A DNA stretch of 64,000 bases from Methylotenera sp. (GTDB taxonomy: Bacteria; Pseudomonadota; Gammaproteobacteria; Burkholderiales; Methylophilaceae). Below the pieces are notes generated by a model. That model was not told the origin of the DNA and ran no database searches. It was given only the letters and a program-made list of their open reading frames with translations. The DNA is taken from the NCBI GenBank assembly GCA_014378845.1, contig JACMNB010000022.1, forward strand, positions 16,300-80,299. Direction: 5' to 3'. The stretch's first letter is position 1, and every line of letters begins with the position of its first letter. The position numbers were made by a program, and so were the translations under genes. Positions 38,477 through 48,054 of the stretch are shown here, in pieces.

Positions 38477-41362
38477 TTACTTTAGTTTAGCCAATTGGGC
38501 ATTTAGTTTCTCTAAACTCGCGCCAAATTCTGCCACACGAGTTTTTTCCTGAAAAACCACCTCGGCTGGCGCACGCGCTACAAAACTTTCATTATTTAAT
38601 TTGTTGTTAGCTTTATTGACTTCAGCCTCAATTCTGGCGATTTCTTTTGCAATTCGCGCAGTTTCTTCTGCCACGTTAATTTCTACTTTTAGCATTAATT
38701 TAAAGTCATTCACCAGAACCACGGGCGAATCAGCTTCACTCAACTCTCGGCTCATGGTAACTGCTTCTAATTTGGCTAGCGCTTTCAAATAGCTGGCATA
38801 TTCTGCTAATTTAATGGTGTCGCCCGCAGCAAATAATGGCACGCGCTCCGCCGGTGAAATGCCCATTTCACCGCGCAAACTGCGAATAGCTTCAACCATT
38901 TGTTTAAGCTGTGTTACCCACGCCTCACTTGCTTCATCTAGCTTATCTGGTTGCGCTTTTGGATAAGGTTGCAACATAATACTAGGTGCATTTACGCCAG
39001 TCATCGGCGCAATGGTTTGCCAAATTTCTTCGGTTATAAAGGGCATAATTGGGTGGACTAGGCGTAATATGGTTTCTAAAACGCGCAGCAAAGTACGTCG
39101 CGTAGCGCGTTTTTCAGCATCATCGCCAATTTGAATTTGCACTTTGGCCACCTCTAAGTACCAATCGCAATACTCATCCCACACAAATTCATAAATGGCT
39201 TTTGCGGCAAGGTCAAAGCGGTAATCTGCAAACGCGCGTTCAACTTCCATCTCGGTGCGTTGCAATTTGCTCACAATCCATCTGTCAGCTTGGCTAAACT
39301 TACGCCCACCTTCACCGCAGCTGGCTGCGTCAAAACCGTTATCTTCTGGGCTTCCGTCTTCTTTTTGTGTATTCATGAGCACAAAACGCGTGGCATTCCA
39401 CAGTTTGTTGCAAAAGTTGCGATAACCATCGCAGCGTTGCAAATCAAATTTAATATCGCGGCCTGGGCTGGCGAGTGCTGCAAAAGTAAACCTAAGTGCA
39501 TCCGTGCCGTAAGCCGCGATGCCTTCAGGAAACTCTTTGCGCGTGCGTTTTTCAATTTTTTCGGCGTCTCGCGGATTCATCAATCCTGTGGTTCGCTTGG
39601 CAATTAGCGCGTCTAAGCCAATGCCGTCAATCAAATCAATCGGGTCCAGCACATTGCCTTTCGATTTGCTCATCTTTTGGCCTTCGGCATCGCGAATCAG
39701 GCCATGCACATACACATGTTTAAACGGAATTTTGCCCGTGATGTGCGTGGTCATTATCACCATGCGCGCCACCCAAAAGAAGATGATGTCAAAGCCTGTG
39801 ACTAAAACGCTAGAAGGAAGATACTGCTGCAAGGCAATATTGGCGGCGTCTTTGGCGGCATCGCCTGTCCAATCCAAGGTTGAGAAAGGCCATAAAGCTG
39901 ACGAATACCATGTGTCTAAAACGTCATCGTCGCGTTTCAAATTGCCTGTATAGCCATCTTGTGCAGCTAATGCTTTCGCTTTGGCTTCGTCCGTAGCGAC
40001 ATAGACTTTACCTGCGTCCGAATACCAAGCAGGAATTTGATGCCCCCACCACAATTGGCGCGAAATACACCAGTCTTGAATATTATTCAGCCATTGGTTG
40101 TAAGTATTCACCCAGTTTTCTGGATAAAATTTTATTTCGCCACTCCCCACCACATCTAGTGCTTTTTGCGTAATGCTTTTACCTGTTTCATCAGGCTTAC
40201 TCATCGCAACAAACCATTGGTCAGTCAGCATCGGCTCAATAATCACGCCAGTACGATCGCCGCGCGGCACTTTAAGTTTGTGTTTATCGGTTTTAACTAA
40301 AACACCAAGTGCATCCAAATCTTCAACCACTAATTTACGCGCAGCAACAGTTGTTAGACCGCGATATTTTGCAGGCGCGTTTTCATTCACCAAACCTGCT
40401 AATGACAAAATTTCTATCATTGGCAAATTATGCCGCTGCCCAACCGCATAGTCGTTAAAGTCGTGCGCTGGCGTTACTTTAACGCAACCCGTGCCGAATT
40501 CTTTATCTACATAATCATCGGCAATAATCGGGATTTCGCGGTCACACAAAGGCAGTTTTACCGTTTTGCCGATTAAGTGTTTATAACGTTCATCTTCAGG
40601 ATGCACCATCACTGCTACGTCGCCCAGCATGGTTTCTGGGCGGGTTGTGGCAACGGTTAATTGGCCTGAGCCACCGGCCAGCGGATAGTTGATGTGCCAC
40701 ATAAAGCCATCTTCTTCTTCCTGCACCACTTCTAAATCTGAAACGGCAGTCCCTAACTTCACATCCCAGTTCACTAAACGCTTACCGCGATAGATTAAGC
40801 CTTCGTTATACAAGCGCACAAAGGTTTCAGTGACCGTTTTGTTCAAACCGTCGTCCATGGTGAAGCGCTCGCGCGACCAATCGGGCGATGTGCCTAAACG
40901 GCGCATTTGTTTGGTGATGGTGTTGCCTGAGTACTCTTTCCACTCCCACACTTTTTCGAGAAATTTCTCGCGGCCTAAGTCATGGCGCGATACGCCCTGC
41001 GCGTCTAACTGGCGCTCTACCACTATTTGCGTGGCAATGCCCGCGTGGTCGGTGCCTGGTTGCCAAAGCGTATTATCGCCGCGCATACGGTGATAACGTG
41101 TGAGCGTATCCATGAGCGTTTGGTTAAAGCCATGCCCCATGTGCAGCGTGCCTGTGACGTTGGGCGGCGGCAGTAAAATACAAAAATTTTCTTTAATTTC
41201 AGGGTTTAATGCAGTCGGCTGGCTAAAACCAGCAGCGTAATAGCCTTTTGATTCCCAAAATTCGTACCATTTGCTTTCAACGGCTTTGGGGTCAAAGGAT
41301 TTGGCGAGTTCTTGATTGGTGCGCGTATCAGTAATCATAACGCATGATTTTAACACAGACAT
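38477..41362 (-). CDS. valS: valine--tRNA ligase
   Basis: 961 aa with [13 protein letters not shown] (HIGH), KMSKSKGN (KMSKS) and a C-terminal coiled coil. The start may be the ATG at 41338. Confidence 0.97.
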   Translation of the reverse strand: MSVLKSCVMITDTRTNQELAKSFDPKAVESKWYEFWESKGYYAAGFSQPTALNPEIKENFCILLPPPNVTGTLHMGHGFNQTLMDTLTRYHRMRGDNTLWQPGTDHAGIATQIVVERQLDAQGVSRHDLGREKFLEKVWEWKEYSGNTITKQMRRLGTSPDWSRERFTMDDGLNKTVTETFVRLYNEGLIYRGKRLVNWDVKLGTAVSDLEVVQEEEDGFMWHINYPLAGGSGQLTVATTRPETMLGDVAVMVHPEDERYKHLIGKTVKLPLCDREIPIIADDYVDKEFGTGCVKVTPAHDFNDYAVGQRHNLPMIEILSLAGLVNENAPAKYRGLTTVAARKLVVEDLDALGVLVKTDKHKLKVPRGDRTGVIIEPMLTDQWFVAMSKPDETGKSITQKALDVVGSGEIKFYPENWVNTYNQWLNNIQDWCISRQLWWGHQIPAWYSDAGKVYVATDEAKAKALAAQDGYTGNLKRDDDVLDTWYSSALWPFSTLDWTGDAAKDAANIALQQYLPSSVLVTGFDIIFFWVARMVIMTTHITGKIPFKHVYVHGLIRDAEGQKMSKSKGNVLDPIDLIDGIGLDALIAKRTTGLMNPRDAEKIEKRTRKEFPEGIAAYGTDALRFTFAALASPGRDIKFDLQRCDGYRNFCNKLWNATRFVLMNTQKEDGSPEDNGFDAASCGEGGRKFSQADRWIVSKLQRTEMEVERAFADYRFDLAAKAIYEFVWDEYCDWYLEVAKVQIQIGDDAEKRATRRTLLRVLETILRLVHPIMPFITEEIWQTIAPMTGVNAPSIMLQPYPKAQPDKLDEASEAWVTQLKQMVEAIRSLRGEMGISPAERVPLFAAGDTIKLAEYASYLKALAKLEAVTMSRELSEADSPVVLVNDFKLMLKVEINVAEETARIAKEIARIEAEVNKANNKLNNESFVARAPAEVVFQEKTRVAEFGASLEKLNAQLAKLK

Positions 41363-41467
41363 TTAATCGTTGAGACTAGTCCTACCAACATCTTATGTTC
41401 ACGATTGTCGTATAAATTGTGCAAAGTATAAAATCATTTAACCTTAACAATTGATAGGAGCTTTATT

Positions 41468-42901
41468 ATGCAGTTTAAAATGAAAATCTTAGCAGTGGCT
41501 TTGTGTCTTGCTTTTCAAGCAAATGCACAGGCTGCACCCAGCTTAATTGCGACTGGCTTACTTTCTGGTAGCGCATCAGATTTGTCTGGCCTAACTGGCA
41601 ATTTAGAGAGCGGAATTGCTGCTAATTTATTAGGCGGCATGGGTTCTGGCCTTGCTTGGGCTGGTGGCAACACTTTTTTGGCTTTGCCAGATCGCGGGCC
41701 TAATGCCTTGGCCTATACTGGCGGCGCAGCTGTTGATAACACTACGTCTTATATTCCACGCTTCAACACAGTAACCTTAGGGTTAACATCTACATTGGTT
41801 GGCAGCACTTATAACTATGCGCTAGCGCCAACGGTTACCAGCACAACATTGCTTTATAGCAGTACTCCGCTTAACTATGGCGCGGTGACGCCAGCTAACA
41901 ACACGGCAGATAAATTTTACTTTAGTGGCCGATCAGACAATTTTGCGGCGGGAAACTCTTTAAACGCAAATAATGCACGCTTAGACCCAGAAGCGATTCG
42001 CGTATCGAACGATGGTAAAAGTGTTTATATTACCGACGAGTACGGCCCTTATGTGTATCAATTTAACCGCGCAACAGGCGAGCGCACTAATTCTTATAAT
42101 TTGCCTTCAGCATTCGGTATTACCAACTTAAGCAGCAACGGCGCAACAGAAATTAGCGGCAATACAGTTGGCCGAGTCGCCAATAAAGGCATGGAAGGCC
42201 TAGCGATTACGCCCGATGGCAAAGCACTAGTCGGTTTTATGCAAAGCCCGCTTATTCAAGATGGTGGCGATGGTGGCCGTGCAAACCGTATTGTAACGAT
42301 TGATACTGTAACAGGCGCAACCAAGCAATTTGTGTATGATAATTTTTTGGCCGATAAAAATAAAACATACAATAGTAGCGAAATTTTAGCCATTAACAAC
42401 AATGAATTTTTAGTGTTAGAGCGCGATGGTAAAGGTCTTGGTGACGCATCAAGTGCCGACGTTAAACGTATTTACAAAATTGATTTAACTGGCGCAATTG
42501 ATATTGGTGCATTAAATGGCGGTGCTGGTATTAGTGGTCAAGCCAGTTTACTCACTTATGCAGTCAACAAAACCTTGTTTTTAGATTTAAAAACTTCTTT
42601 AGTTGCTGCAGGCATTCCTGTAACAGCGATTCCTGCTAAATTAGAAGGCATCGCATTTGGTAAAGATATTTTAGAAGGCTCAACTTTATATCACACATTG
42701 TATGTGGCAAATGATAATGACTTTATTACCGCAGCGGGTGATAACAAATTTTTTGTGTATAAATTTACAGATGCAGATTTAGGCACAACCGCTGGTTTTA
42801 TGAATCAACAAATTGCCGCAGCGGTACCAGAAGCCGATAGCTACGCCATGCTGGTGGCAGGTCTAGGTTTGATTGGTTTTGTACGCCGCCGCCGTCTATA
42901 A
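41468..42901 (+). CDS. secreted phytase-like/esterase-like protein with PEP-CTERM sorting signal
   Basis: 477 aa with signal peptide ...FQANAQA, repeated LEGIA / MEGLAITPDG motifs, and C-terminus VPEADSYAMLVAGLGLIGFVRRRRL (PEx motif + TM + Arg cluster). Confidence 0.78.
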   Translation: MQFKMKILAVALCLAFQANAQAAPSLIATGLLSGSASDLSGLTGNLESGIAANLLGGMGSGLAWAGGNTFLALPDRGPNALAYTGGAAVDNTTSYIPRFNTVTLGLTSTLVGSTYNYALAPTVTSTTLLYSSTPLNYGAVTPANNTADKFYFSGRSDNFAAGNSLNANNARLDPEAIRVSNDGKSVYITDEYGPYVYQFNRATGERTNSYNLPSAFGITNLSSNGATEISGNTVGRVANKGMEGLAITPDGKALVGFMQSPLIQDGGDGGRANRIVTIDTVTGATKQFVYDNFLADKNKTYNSSEILAINNNEFLVLERDGKGLGDASSADVKRIYKIDLTGAIDIGALNGGAGISGQASLLTYAVNKTLFLDLKTSLVAAGIPVTAIPAKLEGIAFGKDILEGSTLYHTLYVANDNDFITAAGDNKFFVYKFTDADLGTTAGFMNQQIAAAVPEADSYAMLVAGLGLIGFVRRRRL

Positions 42902-42933
42902 TAACCAATGGCGCACGCGCATTTAAGCAATCA

Positions 42934-43845
42934 TTACGTTAGTTTTTGGTAAAACGCCAACAAAATCACCAGCATGCACAAATGCGCTATTAGCCACCAT
43001 TTATAACTTGCGCGTAACTGTTGCGGCGATTTTGCCGAGATTAAAAACAATTTTCCAGCAGGCTTAGTTAATGTAAATCCGCTGCTATTATTGGCCTGCA
43101 TGGCATGCGCTGCAAGCACCTCTTCACGGGCTTCTTGGCGCGCTTGCGCCCACTCGTTCAAATCAATCTGGCCATCTCTATTTTGATCGAATCGGTTTAA
43201 CAATTGTTGTTTATTGGTTTTCCAATCGCTTAACTTTTCCGTTAAATATTTTTTTATTGCATCCTCATCTAATACCTCGTGGCTTGTATCTAGCTGGCCA
43301 ATTACATAAATGGGTTTGCCCACTGGCAAATACTCTTCTACATAACGGTGATCATTTTTGCGCCAAGTGCGCGCCTCAAAATAAATGACTTCTGCGCCTT
43401 TCGGATCGACCTTACATTGCGCGGAGCCATCATCTAAAGTAAACAATGTCTTACTTTCTGCGTATTCTAATGGCATGATATTGAACAAGTCTGCAACCTT
43501 ATCGTCCTCATTTTCACGGTTAGCATATACACTTGCGCGATAACATACACAGGGAATATCTTGATACGGCGTTTTTAATGGTTTAACGGTACTGGCTTTG
43601 CCAAACAGCTCAACATAGCCTTGCGCGGCGGCGGCGATGGTAGAAAATGGGGCTTCGGTAATTTTAAGTAAGCGCCAGTAATTAAAAACGCTGGCAAATA
43701 TACTGCTAGCAATTGAAATTAACAACAACCAATGCCAATTGTGTACAATAAAATTGGCGTGCTTTAAATAAATCAGCAGCCCAACAGAAAACGCTAAGGC
43801 CAGCACAGCATAATTAACGCCTTGGCTTTTTAAACGCTCAAGCAT
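42934..43845 (-). CDS. membrane protein (GIDE-like) with a canonical EF-hand loop, partner of LemA
   Basis: 303 aa with N-terminal TM helices and a C-terminal TM. DQNRDGQIDLNE fits the 12-residue Ca-binding EF loop. The GIDE assignment is by context with lemA. Confidence 0.6.
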   Translation of the reverse strand: MLERLKSQGVNYAVLALAFSVGLLIYLKHANFIVHNWHWLLLISIASSIFASVFNYWRLLKITEAPFSTIAAAAQGYVELFGKASTVKPLKTPYQDIPCVCYRASVYANRENEDDKVADLFNIMPLEYAESKTLFTLDDGSAQCKVDPKGAEVIYFEARTWRKNDHRYVEEYLPVGKPIYVIGQLDTSHEVLDEDAIKKYLTEKLSDWKTNKQQLLNRFDQNRDGQIDLNEWAQARQEAREEVLAAHAMQANNSSGFTLTKPAGKLFLISAKSPQQLRASYKWWLIAHLCMLVILLAFYQKLT

Positions 43846-43867
43846 ATATTGTGATTAAACAGGCGGC

Positions 43868-44428
43868 TTACGCCTTAAAGCGCGCGTTTACATCCACATC
43901 TTTTAACTCTTCTGATGCAAATTTCAGCATGCTTGCTTGCTCAAAATTAAATAGTTTGGCGACGATTAAATCAGGAAAATGTGCAATGCGCACGTTATTA
44001 TTATTCACTGAGTCGTTATAAAACTCGCGCCTATCGGCAATTTGGTTTTCTAATCCAGTAATGCGTTGCTGTAAATTTATAAAGGTTTGGTCGGCTTTTA
44101 AATCGGGATAATTCTCAGCCACCGCATAAAGCCCGCCAATACTGGCGCTCAAGGCAGATTCTGCTTTGCCCAAGCCAGCCACATCTTGCGTTTGGCGCGC
44201 CGCATCCACGCCCATGCGCGCACTGATAACGCTTTCTAGCGTTTGCGACTCGTGCGCCATATAGGCCTTGCAGGTGTCAATCAGCTTTGGCAGCTCGTCA
44301 TTGCGCTGTTTTAGCAGCACATCAATATTAGCCCAAGCTTTGCTCACATTATTTTTAATGCTCACCAAACTGTTATAAGTAATGGTTAAATAAATCACAA
44401 CTAAGGCTAAAATAATACCTACAATCAT
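43868..44428 (-). CDS. lemA: LemA family protein
   Basis: 186 aa with an N-terminal TM, YNSLVSIKNNVSKAWANIDVLLKQRNDELPKL and YNDSVNNNNVRIAHFPDLIVAKLF. Confidence 0.9.
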   Translation of the reverse strand: MIVGIILALVVIYLTITYNSLVSIKNNVSKAWANIDVLLKQRNDELPKLIDTCKAYMAHESQTLESVISARMGVDAARQTQDVAGLGKAESALSASIGGLYAVAENYPDLKADQTFINLQQRITGLENQIADRREFYNDSVNNNNVRIAHFPDLIVAKLFNFEQASMLKFASEELKDVDVNARFKA

Positions 44429-44465
44429 CAGCTTGCTCCTTTTTTATCTTTCACTATTTCTTTCA

Positions 44466-45710
44466 CTATTTTTTATCATTTGCCATTAATTCTTCGCCAA
44501 ACAGTTCAGCGCCTACTTTTTCCCAATAACGGCTAAATCGTTTTAAGCGTTTTTCACTAATGGTAGATTCTGCAAATTTAACTTCTGGCTGATAAACCGG
44601 GTTAAATGGTTCTAGCAAAGCTTTTAACTGCCTATTTGGCGTATCTTGGGTAATGATTTGACCCACGCCGCGTTCTTTTAAGATTTCTCGGGTGTTGCCA
44701 ACCCAAATTTCCACATCTTGCAGTTCATTCAAGCAATCGGCCATAAATTGCAGACGTTTTAACGGCCAGTTACCATGCAAAAAGTCATCAAACACAAAGA
44801 TTCTAGCCATAGGTCTGCGTAACAATGGGTGTGCGCCTGAAAGCATCTCGTCATGCACATAAATAGCTACTGCTTGATGAGTTGAAAGCGCATCTTTGGT
44901 GGGCATATCAACGCGGTATGTTTTGGCGGGGCTTGCGCCATTAACCACAAAAAGTTTGTCGTTTATCGCTTCATAACTGGCATCAAACGGGCAATTAATT
45001 TTACAAGTGGCGCAATATTTTTCGCCCGTATAGCGCGCTAAATTTTCTTTATTAAAATAGTATGGTTTAGAGCTATTAACCGATGCAATCCATTGCCAAG
45101 ACAAGTGATTAGAGGCTTTATCGCCGTCTAGTAAATAATGTTCAAACCAATCGGCGGCCTCGCGCCAATCGACTTTTAACCAATGCACCACATAAGCCGC
45201 AAACCACATTCGGGCATGATTATGCACATAGCCCTCAAGCGTTAAATCGCGAATAAAACCATCCATACACGGCAGGCCCGTAATGCCTTGGCGGATAAAA
45301 TCGGGTAGTGGTTTATCGCCCAAGGCAACTTTAGCGTCTTCTAAATCGCTAAAAATAGCATCACCTTGTTCGAACCACACACGGCGCCAGTAATCGCGCC
45401 AAGCCAGTTCTTGCACAAATTTTTGTGATTGCGCGCCAAAACGCTGCAATACGTTTTCGGCTGTTTCATGCAAGGTTAAACAGCCATGGCGCAAATAAGG
45501 AGAAAGCTTACTCACGTCGCCATTTAAAAAATTGCGATTACGGCTGTAGGCCTGAATATCTGTTGTATTTAAACGCCTAAGCGCCTCTTGCCGCCCGCCG
45601 CGCCATGCATCACCCAAAAACGAGCCGGTGGCTTGTGCAAACATACGCTTGATATATTGCAAGCGCTCAACGCGGTCTGAGGGGATGATGAGTTTTTGAA
45701 AATTAGCCAT
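44466..45710 (-). CDS. photolyase/cryptochrome-related FAD-binding protein with apparently permuted domain order
   Basis: 414 aa. Residues ~30-230 carry FAD-binding-domain motifs (SKLSPYLRHGCL, ELAWRDYW, HNHARMWFAAYVV, DGDKASNHLSWQWIA). The C-terminal ~150 aa resemble the alpha/beta N-domain (VAIYVHDEMLSGAHPLL, RIFVFDDF...RLQFMADCLNEL). Confidence 0.7.
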   Translation of the reverse strand: MANFQKLIIPSDRVERLQYIKRMFAQATGSFLGDAWRGGRQEALRRLNTTDIQAYSRNRNFLNGDVSKLSPYLRHGCLTLHETAENVLQRFGAQSQKFVQELAWRDYWRRVWFEQGDAIFSDLEDAKVALGDKPLPDFIRQGITGLPCMDGFIRDLTLEGYVHNHARMWFAAYVVHWLKVDWREAADWFEHYLLDGDKASNHLSWQWIASVNSSKPYYFNKENLARYTGEKYCATCKINCPFDASYEAINDKLFVVNGASPAKTYRVDMPTKDALSTHQAVAIYVHDEMLSGAHPLLRRPMARIFVFDDFLHGNWPLKRLQFMADCLNELQDVEIWVGNTREILKERGVGQIITQDTPNRQLKALLEPFNPVYQPEVKFAESTISEKRLKRFSRYWEKVGAELFGEELMANDKK

Positions 45711-45860
45711 ATTTTGAGTGGTTTATAATTAACTATCAATAGTTTACACGGTTTTGTTATGTTTTTACTACTGCACTTAATTCCTTGAATTGCTTACCCT
45801 TTTTTGTTAGATTAAGTCGTTTATTTTTAAGAGCGCAATTTTAAGTTGTGCATTGATAAC

Positions 45861-47453
45861 CTATAACAATTCTTGTTGCGCCGCATTTTGCTTTGAAGCT
45901 TTACTTTTTAGTACTCTTTTTTTATTATTGATCTCAACGCCATTTTTATCACGCGTGCTGCCCAGCATACCTTTGCGCGAGGCATGCTTTTTAATAACCG
46001 CCTGCTTTTCACTAAAAGTGCCTTCTTTATTACGTGCGGCCGTGATGTTCGCCCGCGCAATACGCGTCGCTTGGCCAATATCAACCAGCGGCGCAGGGTA
46101 ATGTTTATCTAGCTCGCAGCCATACAGCAATTGTTGCGCTTTGGGCATTAAATAGGGCTCAAAAATCCAAGTGTCGGGCACGTTTTTTAGCGCGGGCAGC
46201 CAATGTCGCACAAACGCACCTGTTGGGTCTTGATCTTGCGCTTGCTTAATTGGGCTATAAATACGCAACGTGTTGATGCCCGTGGTGCCGCTTTGCATCT
46301 GCGTTTGCGGCCAGTGAATGCCAGGCTCGTAATCTAAAAATTCGCGCGCCAAATGCAAACCACTTTCGCGCCAATGCAGCCAATATAAATAACTGGCGGT
46401 ACTCATTAACATGGCGCGCATTCTAAAATTAATCCAACCCGTTTGGCGCAACATAGCCATGCAGGCGTCAACTAACGGCCAGCCTGTTTGGCCGCTACTC
46501 CAAGCTTGCAGGCGGCGCTGCGATTCTGCATCGCTTAACGATTCATCACGCATGCCATCGTGCGCGTGATGCAGGTTTGCAAATTCCATTTCGGGTTCAG
46601 ATTCTAGCTTTTGCATAAAATGGCAGTGCCAATGTAGCCGCGATTCAAAGCCGATTAAACCAGTCTGTAAACGTGAAGGATATTTGTGCGGCGCTTGCTT
46701 TGCTAGCAATTGCCGCGCGCGCGTGGCTTGTACCACTTCGCGCATCGATAAACAGCCATAAGCCAAATAAGGTGATAGCCTTGAGCCTGCCGTAACAGCC
46801 GTCAGTGGGCTAGAAATACCGCCTCGAAATTGTGCCGCGCGGCCATCCAAAAAACTATTAAATGTTTCTAGTGCGTTAAATCGCCCGCCTTTTTGCCGTT
46901 TTGGCTTATCGATTCCCGCTGCTTGAGTCATCGGCATTTGCGGAAGATTAACATATGGCGCCGGATCTGCTTTCACAGGCAATAAATACTGCGGCGCGGT
47001 CATGCGTCGCTCCCAGTGTTTATTCCACTCATTACGGCTTTTTAAACGGCGCACCACGCCATTTTGCGGGGTTTCATCCCAATGTATACCGCGTAATTTG
47101 CACCAGCTTGCAACTGTTTTATCAACCTGAAAAGTGGCTAAATTTCCTGTTTCTTCATGGCTGTAAATGGCCGAAATCTTCAGTTGGCTGGCGATTTTGG
47201 TAAGCGTTTCTATAATGCCTGCATTTGAAACTTGCAGGGTTAAGCCTATTGTTTGCAACGCAATTGCTAAATCTGCCAAGCACTCTTGCACAAATGTTTG
47301 GTGCTGTTTGGCGTAATCTGGCCCGCTCCAAACGCTTGGCTCCCAGCAAAAAAGCGGCAACACCGCGCCCTGCGCGCAGGCGGCCACCAGTGGCGCATGA
47401 TCAATCACCCGCAAATCGCGTTTAAACCAAACAATTACAATCGGATTATGCAT
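45861..47453 (-). CDS. cryptochrome/photolyase family protein with Lys-rich C-terminal tail
   Basis: 530 aa with IVWFKRDLRVIDHAPL, SRLSPYLAYGCLS, TGWPLVDACMAML, WINFRMRAML and MQSGTTGIN. The tail is ...ARNKEGTFSEKQAVIKKHASRKGMLGSTRDKNGVEINNKKRVLKSKASKQ. Confidence 0.85.
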   Translation of the reverse strand: MHNPIVIVWFKRDLRVIDHAPLVAACAQGAVLPLFCWEPSVWSGPDYAKQHQTFVQECLADLAIALQTIGLTLQVSNAGIIETLTKIASQLKISAIYSHEETGNLATFQVDKTVASWCKLRGIHWDETPQNGVVRRLKSRNEWNKHWERRMTAPQYLLPVKADPAPYVNLPQMPMTQAAGIDKPKRQKGGRFNALETFNSFLDGRAAQFRGGISSPLTAVTAGSRLSPYLAYGCLSMREVVQATRARQLLAKQAPHKYPSRLQTGLIGFESRLHWHCHFMQKLESEPEMEFANLHHAHDGMRDESLSDAESQRRLQAWSSGQTGWPLVDACMAMLRQTGWINFRMRAMLMSTASYLYWLHWRESGLHLAREFLDYEPGIHWPQTQMQSGTTGINTLRIYSPIKQAQDQDPTGAFVRHWLPALKNVPDTWIFEPYLMPKAQQLLYGCELDKHYPAPLVDIGQATRIARANITAARNKEGTFSEKQAVIKKHASRKGMLGSTRDKNGVEINNKKRVLKSKASKQNAAQQELL

Positions 47454-47570
47454 TCAAACCATTCAATTTATTGTCGTTGTAAATTTACGATTATGAGTTG
47501 CATTTTAACAACTAGGTTCGTCATTGGTGATATGATTTGATTAACTTGTTGACGTATTAGAAAGCATTTT

Positions 47571-48014
47571 ATGGCAAATACAATGTGGTTTTGGGCTGCG
47601 CTGGGTTTGGTGTTGTTGGCGATAGAGATGGCAACAGGCACATTTTATGTGCTTTGGTTTGGCGTCTCTGCAGTGAGTGTGGCTATTGCCATGTGGCTGT
47701 TTCCTAATATTCCTTATGTGATGCAATTGGCTATGTTTGCTGCGCTTTCCATTAGCTCGCTGGCGATTTGGAAGCTTAATTACAAAAAACACGAAACGCA
47801 CTCGCGCGTGGGTCAAGCGCAAGGTGAGGAAATTGGCCGCACAGGCACAGTTATTGAAGCTTGCAGCGCCAATCAAGTGGGTAAAATACACTTTACGCAA
47901 GGCCTAATGGGTGCGCGTGAATGGGCCGCTGTCAGCAGTGAAGCCATTGCAAAAAATGTAGAAGCGCGCGTGATAGCGGTAGAAGGCAATCAATTGCGCA
48001 TTAAAGCGATATAG
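47571..48014 (+). CDS. NfeD family membrane protein
   Basis: 147 aa with N-terminal TM helices and a C-terminal OB-like domain (GRTGTVIEA...GKIHF...W.A). Paired with an SPFH gene. Confidence 0.82.
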   Translation: MANTMWFWAALGLVLLAIEMATGTFYVLWFGVSAVSVAIAMWLFPNIPYVMQLAMFAALSISSLAIWKLNYKKHETHSRVGQAQGEEIGRTGTVIEACSANQVGKIHFTQGLMGAREWAAVSSEAIAKNVEARVIAVEGNQLRIKAI

Positions 48015-48054
48015 TAAACTTAACCTTAACCTATTAATTTTATGAGGAAATAAA

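Noticed and set aside
45853-46101. 82-aa plus-strand ORF and other short ORFs (46955-47540) around the photolyase gene
   Set aside because: They are antisense to or overlap the 530-aa photolyase-family CDS, have a hydrophobic low-complexity composition and give no independent support.
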